Shown one piece after another: positions 11,070 to 20,684 of a stretch of 47,214 nt of DNA. The translations under genes and the position numbers were made by a program. The notes beneath the pieces are model-generated. The model was not told the DNA's origin. It saw only the letters and a list, made by a program, of their open reading frames with translations, and ran no database searches. This DNA comes from Prevotella sp. Lineage in GTDB: Bacteria > Bacteroidota > Bacteroidia > Bacteroidales > Bacteroidaceae. The number at the start of each line of letters is the position of its first letter. Position 1 is the first letter of the stretch. The stretch spans positions 1 through 47,214 of the forward strand of contig JALEWR010000081.1 in the NCBI GenBank assembly GCA_022783515.1. Reading direction: 5' to 3'.

Positions 11070-11339
11070 ACACTGAAGACAGACAAGAATGTGAGGCTGT
11101 AGGCAATGGGAGGCCACCTCTTGGGCAACCGGTAACATTTGTTACTGCCAAAAAATGTGGCATTCTATTTGCTCTGCTTCATGATAATACATACGAGTGT
11201 GTTAATCTTGAATGAACGGAAGTTGTCGCTTCGCTTGTAAAGTGGATAGAAGTCGGCGAACAAAGATGACATGAATGAAAAACATGCCATGAAGGTTTGC
11301 TGCTTGTAGACCACAAAGGCGGGACAGCTTCCGTTCATT

Positions 11340-11347
11340 TATCTTTG
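11340..11347 (+). promoter_or_regulatory. Possible -7 box (TATCTTTG) for the suf operon
   Basis: TAnnTTTG match 100 nt upstream of sufB. Confidence 0.4.
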
Positions 11348-11447
11348 TACTTGTATGCCTTTGATAAGGTGTTCAGGCATTGATGACATGAAGAGAGGAC
11401 AACGAATACTACACACTCACCCTCTAAGCTAAATGCAATTTTAATGT

Positions 11448-12899
11448 ATGAATGAAGTAAACAATGAAAAAAACGCCTATGTAAGGAGCGTGGCAGAACA
11501 AAAATATGAATTTGGTTTTACCACCGAGGTACATACGGAAATCATAGAGAAGGGACTGAATGAAGACGTGGTGCGTCTTATTTCGTCTAAGAAAAACGAA
11601 CCGGAATGGTTGCTCGACTTTCGTCTTACCGCCTTTAGGCATTGGCAAACCATGAAGCAACCTACATGGGCTCATGTGAAGTTGCCGGAGATTGATTATC
11701 AAGATATCTCTTATTATGCCGACCCTATGGCAAAGAAACCCAAGAATAAGGAGATTGACCCGGAGTTGGAAAAGACTTTCGACAAGTTGGGAATACCCTT
11801 GGAAGAACGCTTGGTGTTGAGTGGTGTGGCAGTAGATGCCATCATGGACTCGGTGTCGGTAAAGACAACGTTTAAAGAGAAGTTGGCAGAGAAGGGTGTT
11901 ATCTTCTGCTCTATTAGTGAGGCAGTGCAAGAACATCCCGACTTGGTGCGTGAATATTTAGGTTCGGTAGTGCCTTATCGCGATAATTTCTTTGCCGCTT
12001 TGAATAGTGCAGTATTCAGCGACGGCTCGTTTGTGTATATCCCCAAGGGTGTGAGATGCCCCATGGAGTTGAGTTCGTACTTCCGTATCAACGCCCGAAA
12101 CACAGGACAGTTTGAACGTACCCTCATCGTAGCCGAAGACGATACCTATGTGAGCTATCTTGAAGGCTGTACAGCTCCTATGAGAGATGAAAACCAATTG
12201 CATGCCGCCATTGTCGAAATCATCGTGAAAGACAATGCCGAGGTGAAGTATTCTACTGTGCAAAATTGGTATCCCGGCGATGAGAACGGTAAGGGAGGTG
12301 TATTGAACCTCGTAACCAAACGTGGCGATTTGCGTGGCGTTAATTCCAAATTGTCGTGGACTCAGGTAGAGACCGGTAGTGCCATCACATGGAAATATCC
12401 CTCTTGTATCTTGCGTGGCGACAACTCGGTGGCTGAATTTTATTCGGTGGCTGTTACCAATAACTACCAAGAAGCCGACACCGGTACGAAGATGATACAC
12501 ATGGGTAAGAACACAAAGAGTACCATTATATCAAAAGGAATCAGTGCAGGTCATAGTCAAAACTCGTACCGCGGTTTGGTGCGTGTAACTGCCAATGCCG
12601 AGAATGCACGCAATTACAGCTCGTGCGACAGCTTGTTGTTGGGTAGCGAGTGTGGAGCTCACACCTTTCCCTATATGGATATCCACAACGAAAGTGCTAT
12701 CATCGAGCATGAGGCAACGACCAGTAAAATCAGTGAAGCCCAACTCTTCTATTGTAATCAGCGTGGTATTCCCACCGAACAGGCCGTAGGACTGATTGTC
12801 AACGGATATGCAAAAGAAGTATTAAATAAGCTCCCCATGGAGTTTGCCGTTGAGGCTCAAAAGCTGTTAAGCGTTTCATTGGAGGGAACGGTAGGATAA
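11448..12899 (+). CDS. sufB: Fe-S cluster assembly protein SufB
   Basis: [41 protein letters not shown]. Confidence 0.97.
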   Translation: MNEVNNEKNAYVRSVAEQKYEFGFTTEVHTEIIEKGLNEDVVRLISSKKNEPEWLLDFRLTAFRHWQTMKQPTWAHVKLPEIDYQDISYYADPMAKKPKNKEIDPELEKTFDKLGIPLEERLVLSGVAVDAIMDSVSVKTTFKEKLAEKGVIFCSISEAVQEHPDLVREYLGSVVPYRDNFFAALNSAVFSDGSFVYIPKGVRCPMELSSYFRINARNTGQFERTLIVAEDDTYVSYLEGCTAPMRDENQLHAAIVEIIVKDNAEVKYSTVQNWYPGDENGKGGVLNLVTKRGDLRGVNSKLSWTQVETGSAITWKYPSCILRGDNSVAEFYSVAVTNNYQEADTGTKMIHMGKNTKSTIISKGISAGHSQNSYRGLVRVTANAENARNYSSCDSLLLGSECGAHTFPYMDIHNESAIIEHEATTSKISEAQLFYCNQRGIPTEQAVGLIVNGYAKEVLNKLPMEFAVEAQKLLSVSLEGTVG

Positions 12900-13002
12900 T
12901 AAGTTGTTGGCAAGTAGACGAGTAGACAAGTTAATGGGTAAGTTAGATTGGAGTGGGAGGCACTCCTTTGTTAACTGACAATAAATATATAACAATAGAA
13001 CA

Positions 13003-13758
13003 ATGTTAGAAATAAAGAATTTGCACGCCAATATCGGCGATAAAGAAATATTGAAGGGCATTAATCTCACCATTAAGGCTGGTGAAACACATGCCATCAT
13101 GGGCCCTAACGGTTCAGGAAAAAGTACGCTTTCGGCTGTTCTTGTAGGTAATCCGCTATTCGAGGTTACTGAAGGAACGGCTTTTTTTGAAGGTAAAAAC
13201 TTGTTGGAAATGAAGCCCGAGGATAGAGCCAATGAAGGAATCTTCCTTTCTTTCCAGTATCCCGTGGAAATTCCGGGGGTGTCGATGACCAACTTTATGC
13301 GTACTGCCATCAACGAAAAGCGTAAGTATCAAGGGTTGGACCCATTGAATGCCGCCGACTTTATCAAGTTGATGAAGGAAAAACGACAGATTGTTGAGTT
13401 GGATGCCAAACTCTCACAGCGTTCGGTCAACGAAGGCTTTAGCGGTGGAGAGAAGAAGCGTAACGAGATTTTTCAAATGGCCATGCTCGAACCCAAACTC
13501 TCGATTTTGGACGAAACCGACTCCGGTCTTGATGTGGATGCACTGCGTATTGTGGCTGAAGGAGTGAACAAACTGAAGACTCCACAGACCAGTACCATCG
13601 TGATCACCCACTACGACCGTCTTTTGGACATCATCCGCCCCGACGTTATTCATGTGCTTTATAAAGGAAGGATAGTGAAGACTGCAGGTCCCGAGTTGGC
13701 TAAAGACATCGAGGCACGCGGTTATGATTGGATAAAAGAAGAGATAGGCGAACTCTAA
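13003..13758 (+). CDS. sufC: Fe-S cluster assembly ATPase SufC
   Basis: GPNGSGKST, NEGFSGGEKKRNE, LDETDSGLD. Confidence 0.97.
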   Translation: MLEIKNLHANIGDKEILKGINLTIKAGETHAIMGPNGSGKSTLSAVLVGNPLFEVTEGTAFFEGKNLLEMKPEDRANEGIFLSFQYPVEIPGVSMTNFMRTAINEKRKYQGLDPLNAADFIKLMKEKRQIVELDAKLSQRSVNEGFSGGEKKRNEIFQMAMLEPKLSILDETDSGLDVDALRIVAEGVNKLKTPQTSTIVITHYDRLLDIIRPDVIHVLYKGRIVKTAGPELAKDIEARGYDWIKEEIGEL

Positions 13759-13869
13759 AGCCTTAAGATGTCCCACCAATGGCTTCTCAATAGCCGTGGG
13801 GCATTCAACCACTCGTTAACTTTCGGTTCGGAAGAAGTGCCGGACTGATGTAAAAACAGATATACAATC

Positions 13870-15240
13870 ATGAATAGTGAAAATCAATATATAGATCTCT
13901 ACGAAAGTTGCAAACAGATGATTTGCGACCAATCGTCTGAGCCTTTGAACGCGGTGAGAGAGCAAGCCTTTGCCGATTTTAAGCGTTTGGGCATCCCTAC
14001 GCGTAAGGTCGAACGGTATAAGTACACGGATATGCAGAAGTTGTTTGAACCCGATTATGGTCTCAACCTCAATCGTCTGAATATCCCCATCAATCCGAGA
14101 GATATTTTTAGCTGCGATGTTCCTAATCTCAGCACTCAAAACTATTTTGTGGTGAACGACAGTTTTAGTCACAATCATCGTTCCCATTCACCCCTTCCCG
14201 ATGGTGTTGTCATCGATTCTTTGTCGTCGTTTGCGACCCGAAATCCCGAGTTGATTGCCCGCCATTATGCTAAAATAGCCAAGACAGCAGACGATGGCAT
14301 TGTGGCACTCAATACGATGTTGGCACAAGACGGGTTGTTGGTGTATGTTCCCAAGGCTGTCAAGGTGGAAAAGACCATTCAGGTCATCAATCTTTTGCGT
14401 GCTGATGTCGACCTGATGGTCAATCGTCGCGTGCTGATTATCTTGGAAGAGCGTGCCGAAGCCAAACTCTTGTTCTGCGATCATACCATCGACGATAAGA
14501 ACTTCCTCGCCACACAAGTGATTGAGGCTTATGTAGGCGATAACGCCATGCTCGACCTCTATTGTATGGAAGAAACCCACGAGCGTAATGTTCGCGTGAG
14601 CAATGTCTTCATCGAGCAACAAGCAAGTAGCTGTGTCAACCATAATGTCATCACCTTGCATAGCGGAACCACACGAAATAGTGTGCAGCTCACCTTCCGT
14701 GGCGAAGGGGCCGAGTGCAACCTCTGCGGCTGTGTTATTGCCGATAAGGAACAGCATGTGGACAACAACACGGTGATTGTTCATGCCGTGCCTCATTGCA
14801 ACAGCAACGAACTCTATAAGTATGTCGTCAACGATAAGGCGGTAGGAGCCTTTGCCGGACTTGTTTATGTGGCAAAGGACGCACAGCAGACCAATTCGGA
14901 GATGCGAAACCAGAATATTTGTACCACCAAACAGGCTCGCATGTACACCCAGCCTATGCTCGAGATTTATGCCGACGACGTGAAATGTGCTCACGGCTCT
15001 ACCGTAGGACAGCTCAACGACGCTGCTCTCTTCTATATGCGTCAGCGTGGTATCAGTGAGAAAGAAGCCAAGCTGTTGCTCGAATTTGCCTTTATCAACG
15101 AAGTAATAGACCAGATGAAGGTTGAGCCTTTGCGTCAACGTCTGCACCATTTGGTCGAAAAACGTTTCCGTGGCGAGTTAGATAGTTGTAAGGGATGCCG
15201 TCAAGCATCTGCCGGTCAAGTTGAACCTGCTTCTTTATAA
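13870..15240 (+). CDS. sufD: Fe-S cluster assembly protein SufD
   Basis: ERYKYT, PMLEIYADDVKCAHG, LFYMRQRGI; operon context. Confidence 0.95.
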   Translation: MNSENQYIDLYESCKQMICDQSSEPLNAVREQAFADFKRLGIPTRKVERYKYTDMQKLFEPDYGLNLNRLNIPINPRDIFSCDVPNLSTQNYFVVNDSFSHNHRSHSPLPDGVVIDSLSSFATRNPELIARHYAKIAKTADDGIVALNTMLAQDGLLVYVPKAVKVEKTIQVINLLRADVDLMVNRRVLIILEERAEAKLLFCDHTIDDKNFLATQVIEAYVGDNAMLDLYCMEETHERNVRVSNVFIEQQASSCVNHNVITLHSGTTRNSVQLTFRGEGAECNLCGCVIADKEQHVDNNTVIVHAVPHCNSNELYKYVVNDKAVGAFAGLVYVAKDAQQTNSEMRNQNICTTKQARMYTQPMLEIYADDVKCAHGSTVGQLNDAALFYMRQRGISEKEAKLLLEFAFINEVIDQMKVEPLRQRLHHLVEKRFRGELDSCKGCRQASAGQVEPASL

Positions 15241-15242
15241 AT

Positions 15243-16451
15243 ATGTTAAGCCAGTATCGTTCCGATTTTCCTATCCTTTCGCGTGAGGTCTATGGCAAGC
15301 CATTGATTTATCTTGATAACGGAGCCACCACCCAAAAGCCACTCTGTGTCTTAGATGCGATGCGTGACGAATACCTCAACACCAATGCCAATGTGCATCG
15401 GGGGGTTCACTATCTCTCGCAGCAAGCCACCGATTTGCACGAGGCTGCCCGAGAAACTGTTAGGGTGTTTATCAACGCTCGCAGCATCAACGAGATTGTC
15501 TTTACTCGTGGCACTACCGAGGGAATCAACCTCATTGCCTCTTCTTTCTGTGAAAGTTTTATGCAGGAGGGCGACGAGGTGATTGTCTCTGTTATGGAAC
15601 ACCATTCCAATATCGTGCCTTGGCAGTTGCAGGCTGCCAAGAGAGGCATTGCCATCAAGGTGATTCCGATGAACGATAAGGGTGAGTTGTTGCTCGACGA
15701 ACTCGACCAATTATTCTCTTCTCGCACTCGTCTGGTGAGCGTAGCCCATGTGAGTAATGTCTTGGGAACGGTCAATCCTGTAGAGGAAATCATCCGAAAG
15801 GCTCACGAACGTGACATTCCTGTCCTAATCGATGGTGCTCAAAGTGTACCTCATTTCCAAGTGGACATGCAGGCACTCGATTGCGATTTTTATGTTTTTA
15901 GTGGTCATAAGACCTATGCACCCACAGGTGTGGGCGTGTTATACGGCAAGGAGGAGTGGATCGACCGCCTGCCGCCTTATCAAGGGGGCGGTGAGATGAT
16001 CGAGACGGTGAGCTTCGACAAGACCACCTTTGCGGCTCTTCCGTTTAAGTTTGAGGCCGGAACACCCGATTATGTGGCAACTCATGGTTTGGCCACAGCC
16101 CTCGATTATCTGTCGAAAATCGGTATGGACAAGATTGCGGAGCATGAAGCCGACCTCACAAAATATTGTATGGAACAACTTTCTACTATTGATGGAATGC
16201 GTTTTTTCGGCACTGCCGACCATAAAGATGCTGTGGTGAGTTTCTTGGTTCGCGACATCCATTCGTTTGATATGGGTACATTACTCGACCGCTTGGGTAT
16301 CGCCGTTCGCACTGGACACCATTGTGCCCAGCCTCTTATGCAGCGTTTAGGCATTCCGGGTACCGTCCGTGCCTCTTTTGGTTTGTACAACACGCGTGAA
16401 GAAGTGGATGCGTTGGTGGCAGGAGTGAGAAGGGTGAGTGAGATGTTTTGA
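15243..16451 (+). CDS. sufS: Cysteine desulfurase SufS
   Basis: YLDNGATTQKP, FSGHK (PLP Lys), RTGHHCAQP (group II). Confidence 0.95.
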   Translation: MLSQYRSDFPILSREVYGKPLIYLDNGATTQKPLCVLDAMRDEYLNTNANVHRGVHYLSQQATDLHEAARETVRVFINARSINEIVFTRGTTEGINLIASSFCESFMQEGDEVIVSVMEHHSNIVPWQLQAAKRGIAIKVIPMNDKGELLLDELDQLFSSRTRLVSVAHVSNVLGTVNPVEEIIRKAHERDIPVLIDGAQSVPHFQVDMQALDCDFYVFSGHKTYAPTGVGVLYGKEEWIDRLPPYQGGGEMIETVSFDKTTFAALPFKFEAGTPDYVATHGLATALDYLSKIGMDKIAEHEADLTKYCMEQLSTIDGMRFFGTADHKDAVVSFLVRDIHSFDMGTLLDRLGIAVRTGHHCAQPLMQRLGIPGTVRASFGLYNTREEVDALVAGVRRVSEMF

Positions 16452-16573
16452 CCTCCTTCCCCGATTCATTGCTTTGCTTTACTGCTGTTTTTCAATTCTC
16501 TCGCTATAGTAACAGCGAACAGCGACCGATGCATCCGAAGAAGGGGAGAACATAGATGAAACATATTATATGG

Positions 16574-16613
16574 TATAGGGCATATGGGGCTTATAAGCCT
16601 TGTATGCCCTATA
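16574..16613. repeat. Family C hairpin (TATAGGG...CCCTATA), between convergent genes
   Basis: tatagggcatatggggcttataagccttgtatgccctata; related copies at 24975-25010 and 43860-43907. Confidence 0.75.
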
Positions 16614-19600
16614 TGTTTGTGTTAGTTTTCCCTCCTTCTGAAGGTCTGGGTAAAGTCCGTATCAATTCAGCAAATAATCTGTTATACCTCAAGGTTTCTT
16701 CATGTCCTGTAAGTATCATCTGGCGTCGGGCCCGGGTGAGTGCCACGTTGAGTTTGCGGTCGATGATACGCCCGTTTTCTTCAAAGCAATTGGCTGTGAG
16801 GAAGTCGAGTTGATAACGATTTTGTATGGTAAACGAGTAGATAATCACCTCTCGTTGCGACCCTTGATAACGTTCCACGGTGTCGATGGTGATATGGTTG
16901 AGGACAGGGATGTTGAGACGTTCAATCTCCCGGCGTATCATCGCTATCTGATTGCGATAAGGCACAATCACCCCCACGGTCTTGTCGGCATCAAAATCCT
17001 TGCCATAGAAGCGGTGGATGCGACGCAACAAGTCTGTTACAATAGCGGCTTCGGCCGTATTCACCTTATCCGAGAGTTGCGGTTGTCGACAGGCGGGCGA
17101 GGGGAAGAAGAGCATACGGTGTTGTTGTAACAAAGAGTCTGTCTCGTCTTCGGGTGGCAACAAATAGTTGAGGCCCGTTTCTTCTTGATGCTTGCACGGC
17201 ACGATGTCCAACTGCTCGTCGGCATAAAACATACGATTGGGAAAGGCTGCGATGTCGGGGTGCATACGTCCTTGTCGGCGAAGTACACCCATACAGCTCG
17301 TTCTTCCCATGCGTTTCTCCCATCGAATCAATCGTTCAAAGAGCGAATGGCGGCAATCGGTCAGTCCGATATCCACCAGCAAGGGATTGTCCACCATTGC
17401 CTCTCTGCCATTTTGCTGCACCACGGCAGGCAACTGCTTATAATCGCCAATCAAAACAAATTTATCTATCGATGCCGTAGCATGAGGATGGGTGCGACAA
17501 GGGATATGGGCAGTGAGCAGACCAATGAGGTTAGGCTCAAGAATCTGTGAAGCCTCGTCGACAACAGCCAATGAAAAATGTTTTAAAGAGAAGAGATAAG
17601 ACCGCGAAATGATGGTCGACGTCGTACCCACAAACACCCTTGCGGCGGCTATTTTCTGTCGAATGGCATCGAGTCGGGGTGCATCGCTCACCGCCTTTTC
17701 TATGAGATAGGGCTTAAATCGTTCGTCACAGGTATATTCATTGCCAATCCTGATAAAGTCGATACCACTGCCACAGAGCATCTCGCAAATCTCGTCCACC
17801 GCTCTGTTGGTGTACGACATGAGGAGGATAGCAGCCGACGAACCGGGCTTTTGCATGCTTTTTCCCAAACGGCCGGATGGGTCGAACGTGTCTGAAGGGT
17901 CTGCCCCTTCCGATAGCTCTGCCCCTTTCTCTGTCTCTGTCATCGCCAATTCTTCCTTCACTATAAACTGCAGGGCCATCGACGTCTTGCCTGTTCCGGG
18001 CGGACCCACCAACAGATAATAGTCTTGTGCCTGCTTTATTTGCAGCAATATATCATCGTAGTTGGGATGATAACTTCGGGTGAGCTGTAGCGATGGGTTC
18101 ACTCGTGGCTCACGTTGCGACAGAAGTAGCGAGCGTTTGTCGGCTGATGCCGTGATAAAACGATGCATACCTTTCACTGCCGAAGTCGACCCCACATCGC
18201 TACCGCCATGCTCTATGGCATAAAAGGCATGTTGGGTCAGAATAGAAGCATCTTGCAAACCATCGTGCAGATGCACCACCACCTGCCTGCTTGTTATCTC
18301 GGTGAGCGTGCCTTTGTGCAGAATACTGCGTCGCACATCGGGTTCGCTGTCTTCTTGATAGGCATAGAGATAGACCATGTCTCCCCGGCGGAAGTTGGGA
18401 AGGAAGTCTTCGCCTTGGTCGGGCATAGAGAGTGTAACGGTGTCTAAGCCGTTAAAGGCTGCCGACGACACAATCTTTTCTATCTTCAGTTGCGTAAAGA
18501 TGTTGCCCGTTTCTTGTTTTTCAGCCACAGGCATGTTCCATAGGTCGGCGCCGCTGTTGCCTTTTCCCTCGCGTGAACCCACTTTTGACGCCAGTTGTTC
18601 GCGATAGATAAAGGTCATCATCCTACAAAAATAGGCTCTTTCCAAGGGCGATAGATGGTGCAGCGGTTCGGTGATGGCCGACAACCGGGGTTGGATATAC
18701 TGCAAGAAAAAATTGGTTCTCAATGCCTTTTCGTTCAGCGTGTCGGGCTGCAATTCGTCTATCACACTCTCAAAGCCTTCGGTGGCAATGTCAAATTCCA
18801 CTCCCACCAGCTTATTTCTCAATTGGATGGCTTCATGAAAGAGTTGGCGATAATAGCTCACCACCACCAAACCGCCCGGTAAGGGATATTTGGAATAGAG
18901 CAGACGAGTGTTAATCTTGCGGTCGTTCAACTGAAAATTATGTCGCAACACACCATAATAGAGCAGCAACTGCACATAATGCTCTTCCTTCTGAAAACTG
19001 CCATACTCGTTAGGTCGCTGACTTTGAATATTAAAGTTAGCCCCCGATTTCTGCTCCACAAGCAAGCGAAAATCGGTCGTCATCAAGTCGACACGTCCTT
19101 GCAAACCCAATTGTTCGCACACAAACGAGGGCTCGAGGATAGCCTTGGAGCGGTCGAAACCGTCTTTCTCGGGATGGAAAAGCCGGTCTACGATATGCCG
19201 AATATTCTCCGCCTGACTCATCGCCACCGTCTTGAAATCTTCCTTGGCGTTGAGGTCGGGGCATGAACTGTACTCCAAGGCACTGCGTTGAAAACTCTTG
19301 GTAAAGGTTTGTCGCCAGTCGTAACCTTCTGTTTGATGTATCATGTCGTCGAGAGCCATGCCGGCGAAATTACCGATAAGGATGGCTTGCGAGTTGGCTT
19401 GGGGCGACATTTTGTTGATGGTGTATGCCAAGGGATGATGACCATAATCGGTAAAACAGCGGGCAATAGAGCTGATATCGACGAGAAAGTCGGGTTCTAC
19501 CACCACGAGCGAGGGCTGCAACACCCTGCCTTCTGTGGCACAATCCAAGAGATTAAGCTGCATCCCCTCTCTCAACAGTTCGTTAAGATATTGATGTTCG

Positions 19601-20178
19601 TCTGCCGAATAGTCCACCTCTACCCGCTCTTCGCTGTCGTTGTGGTCAAGCTCCACCAGCATCCGCTCGCCGTTCCATGTCTTGACGATGCACCGCAAGC
19701 AGCGATAGTCGATGTGCTTGGAGACCTCTTTGGGTTGGTTGACATGCGGAATACGCGGAGAAATCCGGGCAGGGATGCTTACGGAGAACACTGCCGAGAT
19801 AAACAGACACAAGGCTCGACAATGATAACCCGCCTCTTCGGCTGTCAGCTTCTCACTCTTATTTCCTGCCCTTCTCATATTCTGAATGGCAAGAACATCG
19901 CTCGGCAACACCCGATGGAGCTTGCACAGATAGTCGACCTGAGAAAAAAGATTGCCAAACGACTGTTCGGCATCTTTCAGTCCCGCACTGCACGTCAGCA
20001 CCAAGGTTTCGTGCAACAGTTTGTTCACATGGCCGTCGTGGCTCTCTGCCATATCGAGGATAAGGGCAACCCGCTCGAACAGCTCGTCGGGGGTAATAAA
20101 AAGAGCGTCTCCGCCTATGTCGTTGGCCGAATAAAGGTCTTGCTTCTTGTCTTCGTTGTTTGTGGTCTTGCCTTTCAT
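16609..20178 (-). CDS. Dna2/Upf1-like SF1B helicase with N-terminal PD-(D/E)XK nuclease domain
   Basis: Nuclease motifs LEPSF..GLQGRVD..VEQKSG..HYVQLLLY; helicase motifs GPPGTGKT, YTNRAVD, DEASQ, GDYKQLP, RMHP, TVERYQG, NVALTRAR. Confidence 0.88.
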   Translation of the reverse strand: MKGKTTNNEDKKQDLYSANDIGGDALFITPDELFERVALILDMAESHDGHVNKLLHETLVLTCSAGLKDAEQSFGNLFSQVDYLCKLHRVLPSDVLAIQNMRRAGNKSEKLTAEEAGYHCRALCLFISAVFSVSIPARISPRIPHVNQPKEVSKHIDYRCLRCIVKTWNGERMLVELDHNDSEERVEVDYSADEHQYLNELLREGMQLNLLDCATEGRVLQPSLVVVEPDFLVDISSIARCFTDYGHHPLAYTINKMSPQANSQAILIGNFAGMALDDMIHQTEGYDWRQTFTKSFQRSALEYSSCPDLNAKEDFKTVAMSQAENIRHIVDRLFHPEKDGFDRSKAILEPSFVCEQLGLQGRVDLMTTDFRLLVEQKSGANFNIQSQRPNEYGSFQKEEHYVQLLLYYGVLRHNFQLNDRKINTRLLYSKYPLPGGLVVVSYYRQLFHEAIQLRNKLVGVEFDIATEGFESVIDELQPDTLNEKALRTNFFLQYIQPRLSAITEPLHHLSPLERAYFCRMMTFIYREQLASKVGSREGKGNSGADLWNMPVAEKQETGNIFTQLKIEKIVSSAAFNGLDTVTLSMPDQGEDFLPNFRRGDMVYLYAYQEDSEPDVRRSILHKGTLTEITSRQVVVHLHDGLQDASILTQHAFYAIEHGGSDVGSTSAVKGMHRFITASADKRSLLLSQREPRVNPSLQLTRSYHPNYDDILLQIKQAQDYYLLVGPPGTGKTSMALQFIVKEELAMTETEKGAELSEGADPSDTFDPSGRLGKSMQKPGSSAAILLMSYTNRAVDEICEMLCGSGIDFIRIGNEYTCDERFKPYLIEKAVSDAPRLDAIRQKIAAARVFVGTTSTIISRSYLFSLKHFSLAVVDEASQILEPNLIGLLTAHIPCRTHPHATASIDKFVLIGDYKQLPAVVQQNGREAMVDNPLLVDIGLTDCRHSLFERLIRWEKRMGRTSCMGVLRRQGRMHPDIAAFPNRMFYADEQLDIVPCKHQEETGLNYLLPPEDETDSLLQQHRMLFFPSPACRQPQLSDKVNTAEAAIVTDLLRRIHRFYGKDFDADKTVGVIVPYRNQIAMIRREIERLNIPVLNHITIDTVERYQGSQREVIIYSFTIQNRYQLDFLTANCFEENGRIIDRKLNVALTRARRQMILTGHEETLRYNRLFAELIRTLPRPSEGGKTNTNI

Positions 20179-20317
20179 TGTGTTATCTTCTGTGTTTGCC
20201 TTACTTTCCCAAGGAATGTCATCGCTTCATTGTCCGAGGTTGCGAGTTGGCAACCTGTCTTGAAAAAGGGTCTCCGTCAATGTGCTGCCTCATAGCAGGT
20301 GTCTGATGGAGAGTAGA

Positions 20318-20367
20318 CAAAGTTAGGCTTTTTTATTTTGTTTTCTCTTGCCTTTCCACTAATTTTG
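20318..20367. promoter_or_regulatory. Divergent -7 boxes for the helicase (20318-20325, minus) and clpS (20360-20367, plus)
   Basis: TAACTTTG on minus and TAATTTTG on plus. Confidence 0.6.
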
Positions 20368-20375
20368 TGGTAATT

Positions 20376-20684
20376 ATGGCAAAAGAACAAATAGGAATAA
20401 AAGAGCGTGAGCAAGTGAAGACTGCCGAACCACGCAACTATGAAGTAATTATGCATAACGACGACGTTACCACGATGGACTTTGTCGTGGATGTATTGCA
20501 AAAGGTTTTCTTTAAGAAAACATCCGAGGCCGAAGCCCTGATGCTTACCATTCATCAGACGGGGTTGGCTGTGGTAGGTATCTACTCTTACGATATAGCC
20601 TTATCTAAAATAGAGCGGGCTACCGATATGGCTCGTCGTGCTCATTTCCCCCTACGTCTAACCTGTCAACCTGCCAAACAATGA
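20376..20684 (+). CDS. clpS: ATP-dependent Clp protease adaptor ClpS
   Basis: VIMHNDDVTTMDFVV, MLTIH, FPL; ATGA overlap with the next gene. Confidence 0.93.
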   Translation: MAKEQIGIKEREQVKTAEPRNYEVIMHNDDVTTMDFVVDVLQKVFFKKTSEAEALMLTIHQTGLAVVGIYSYDIALSKIERATDMARRAHFPLRLTCQPAKQ

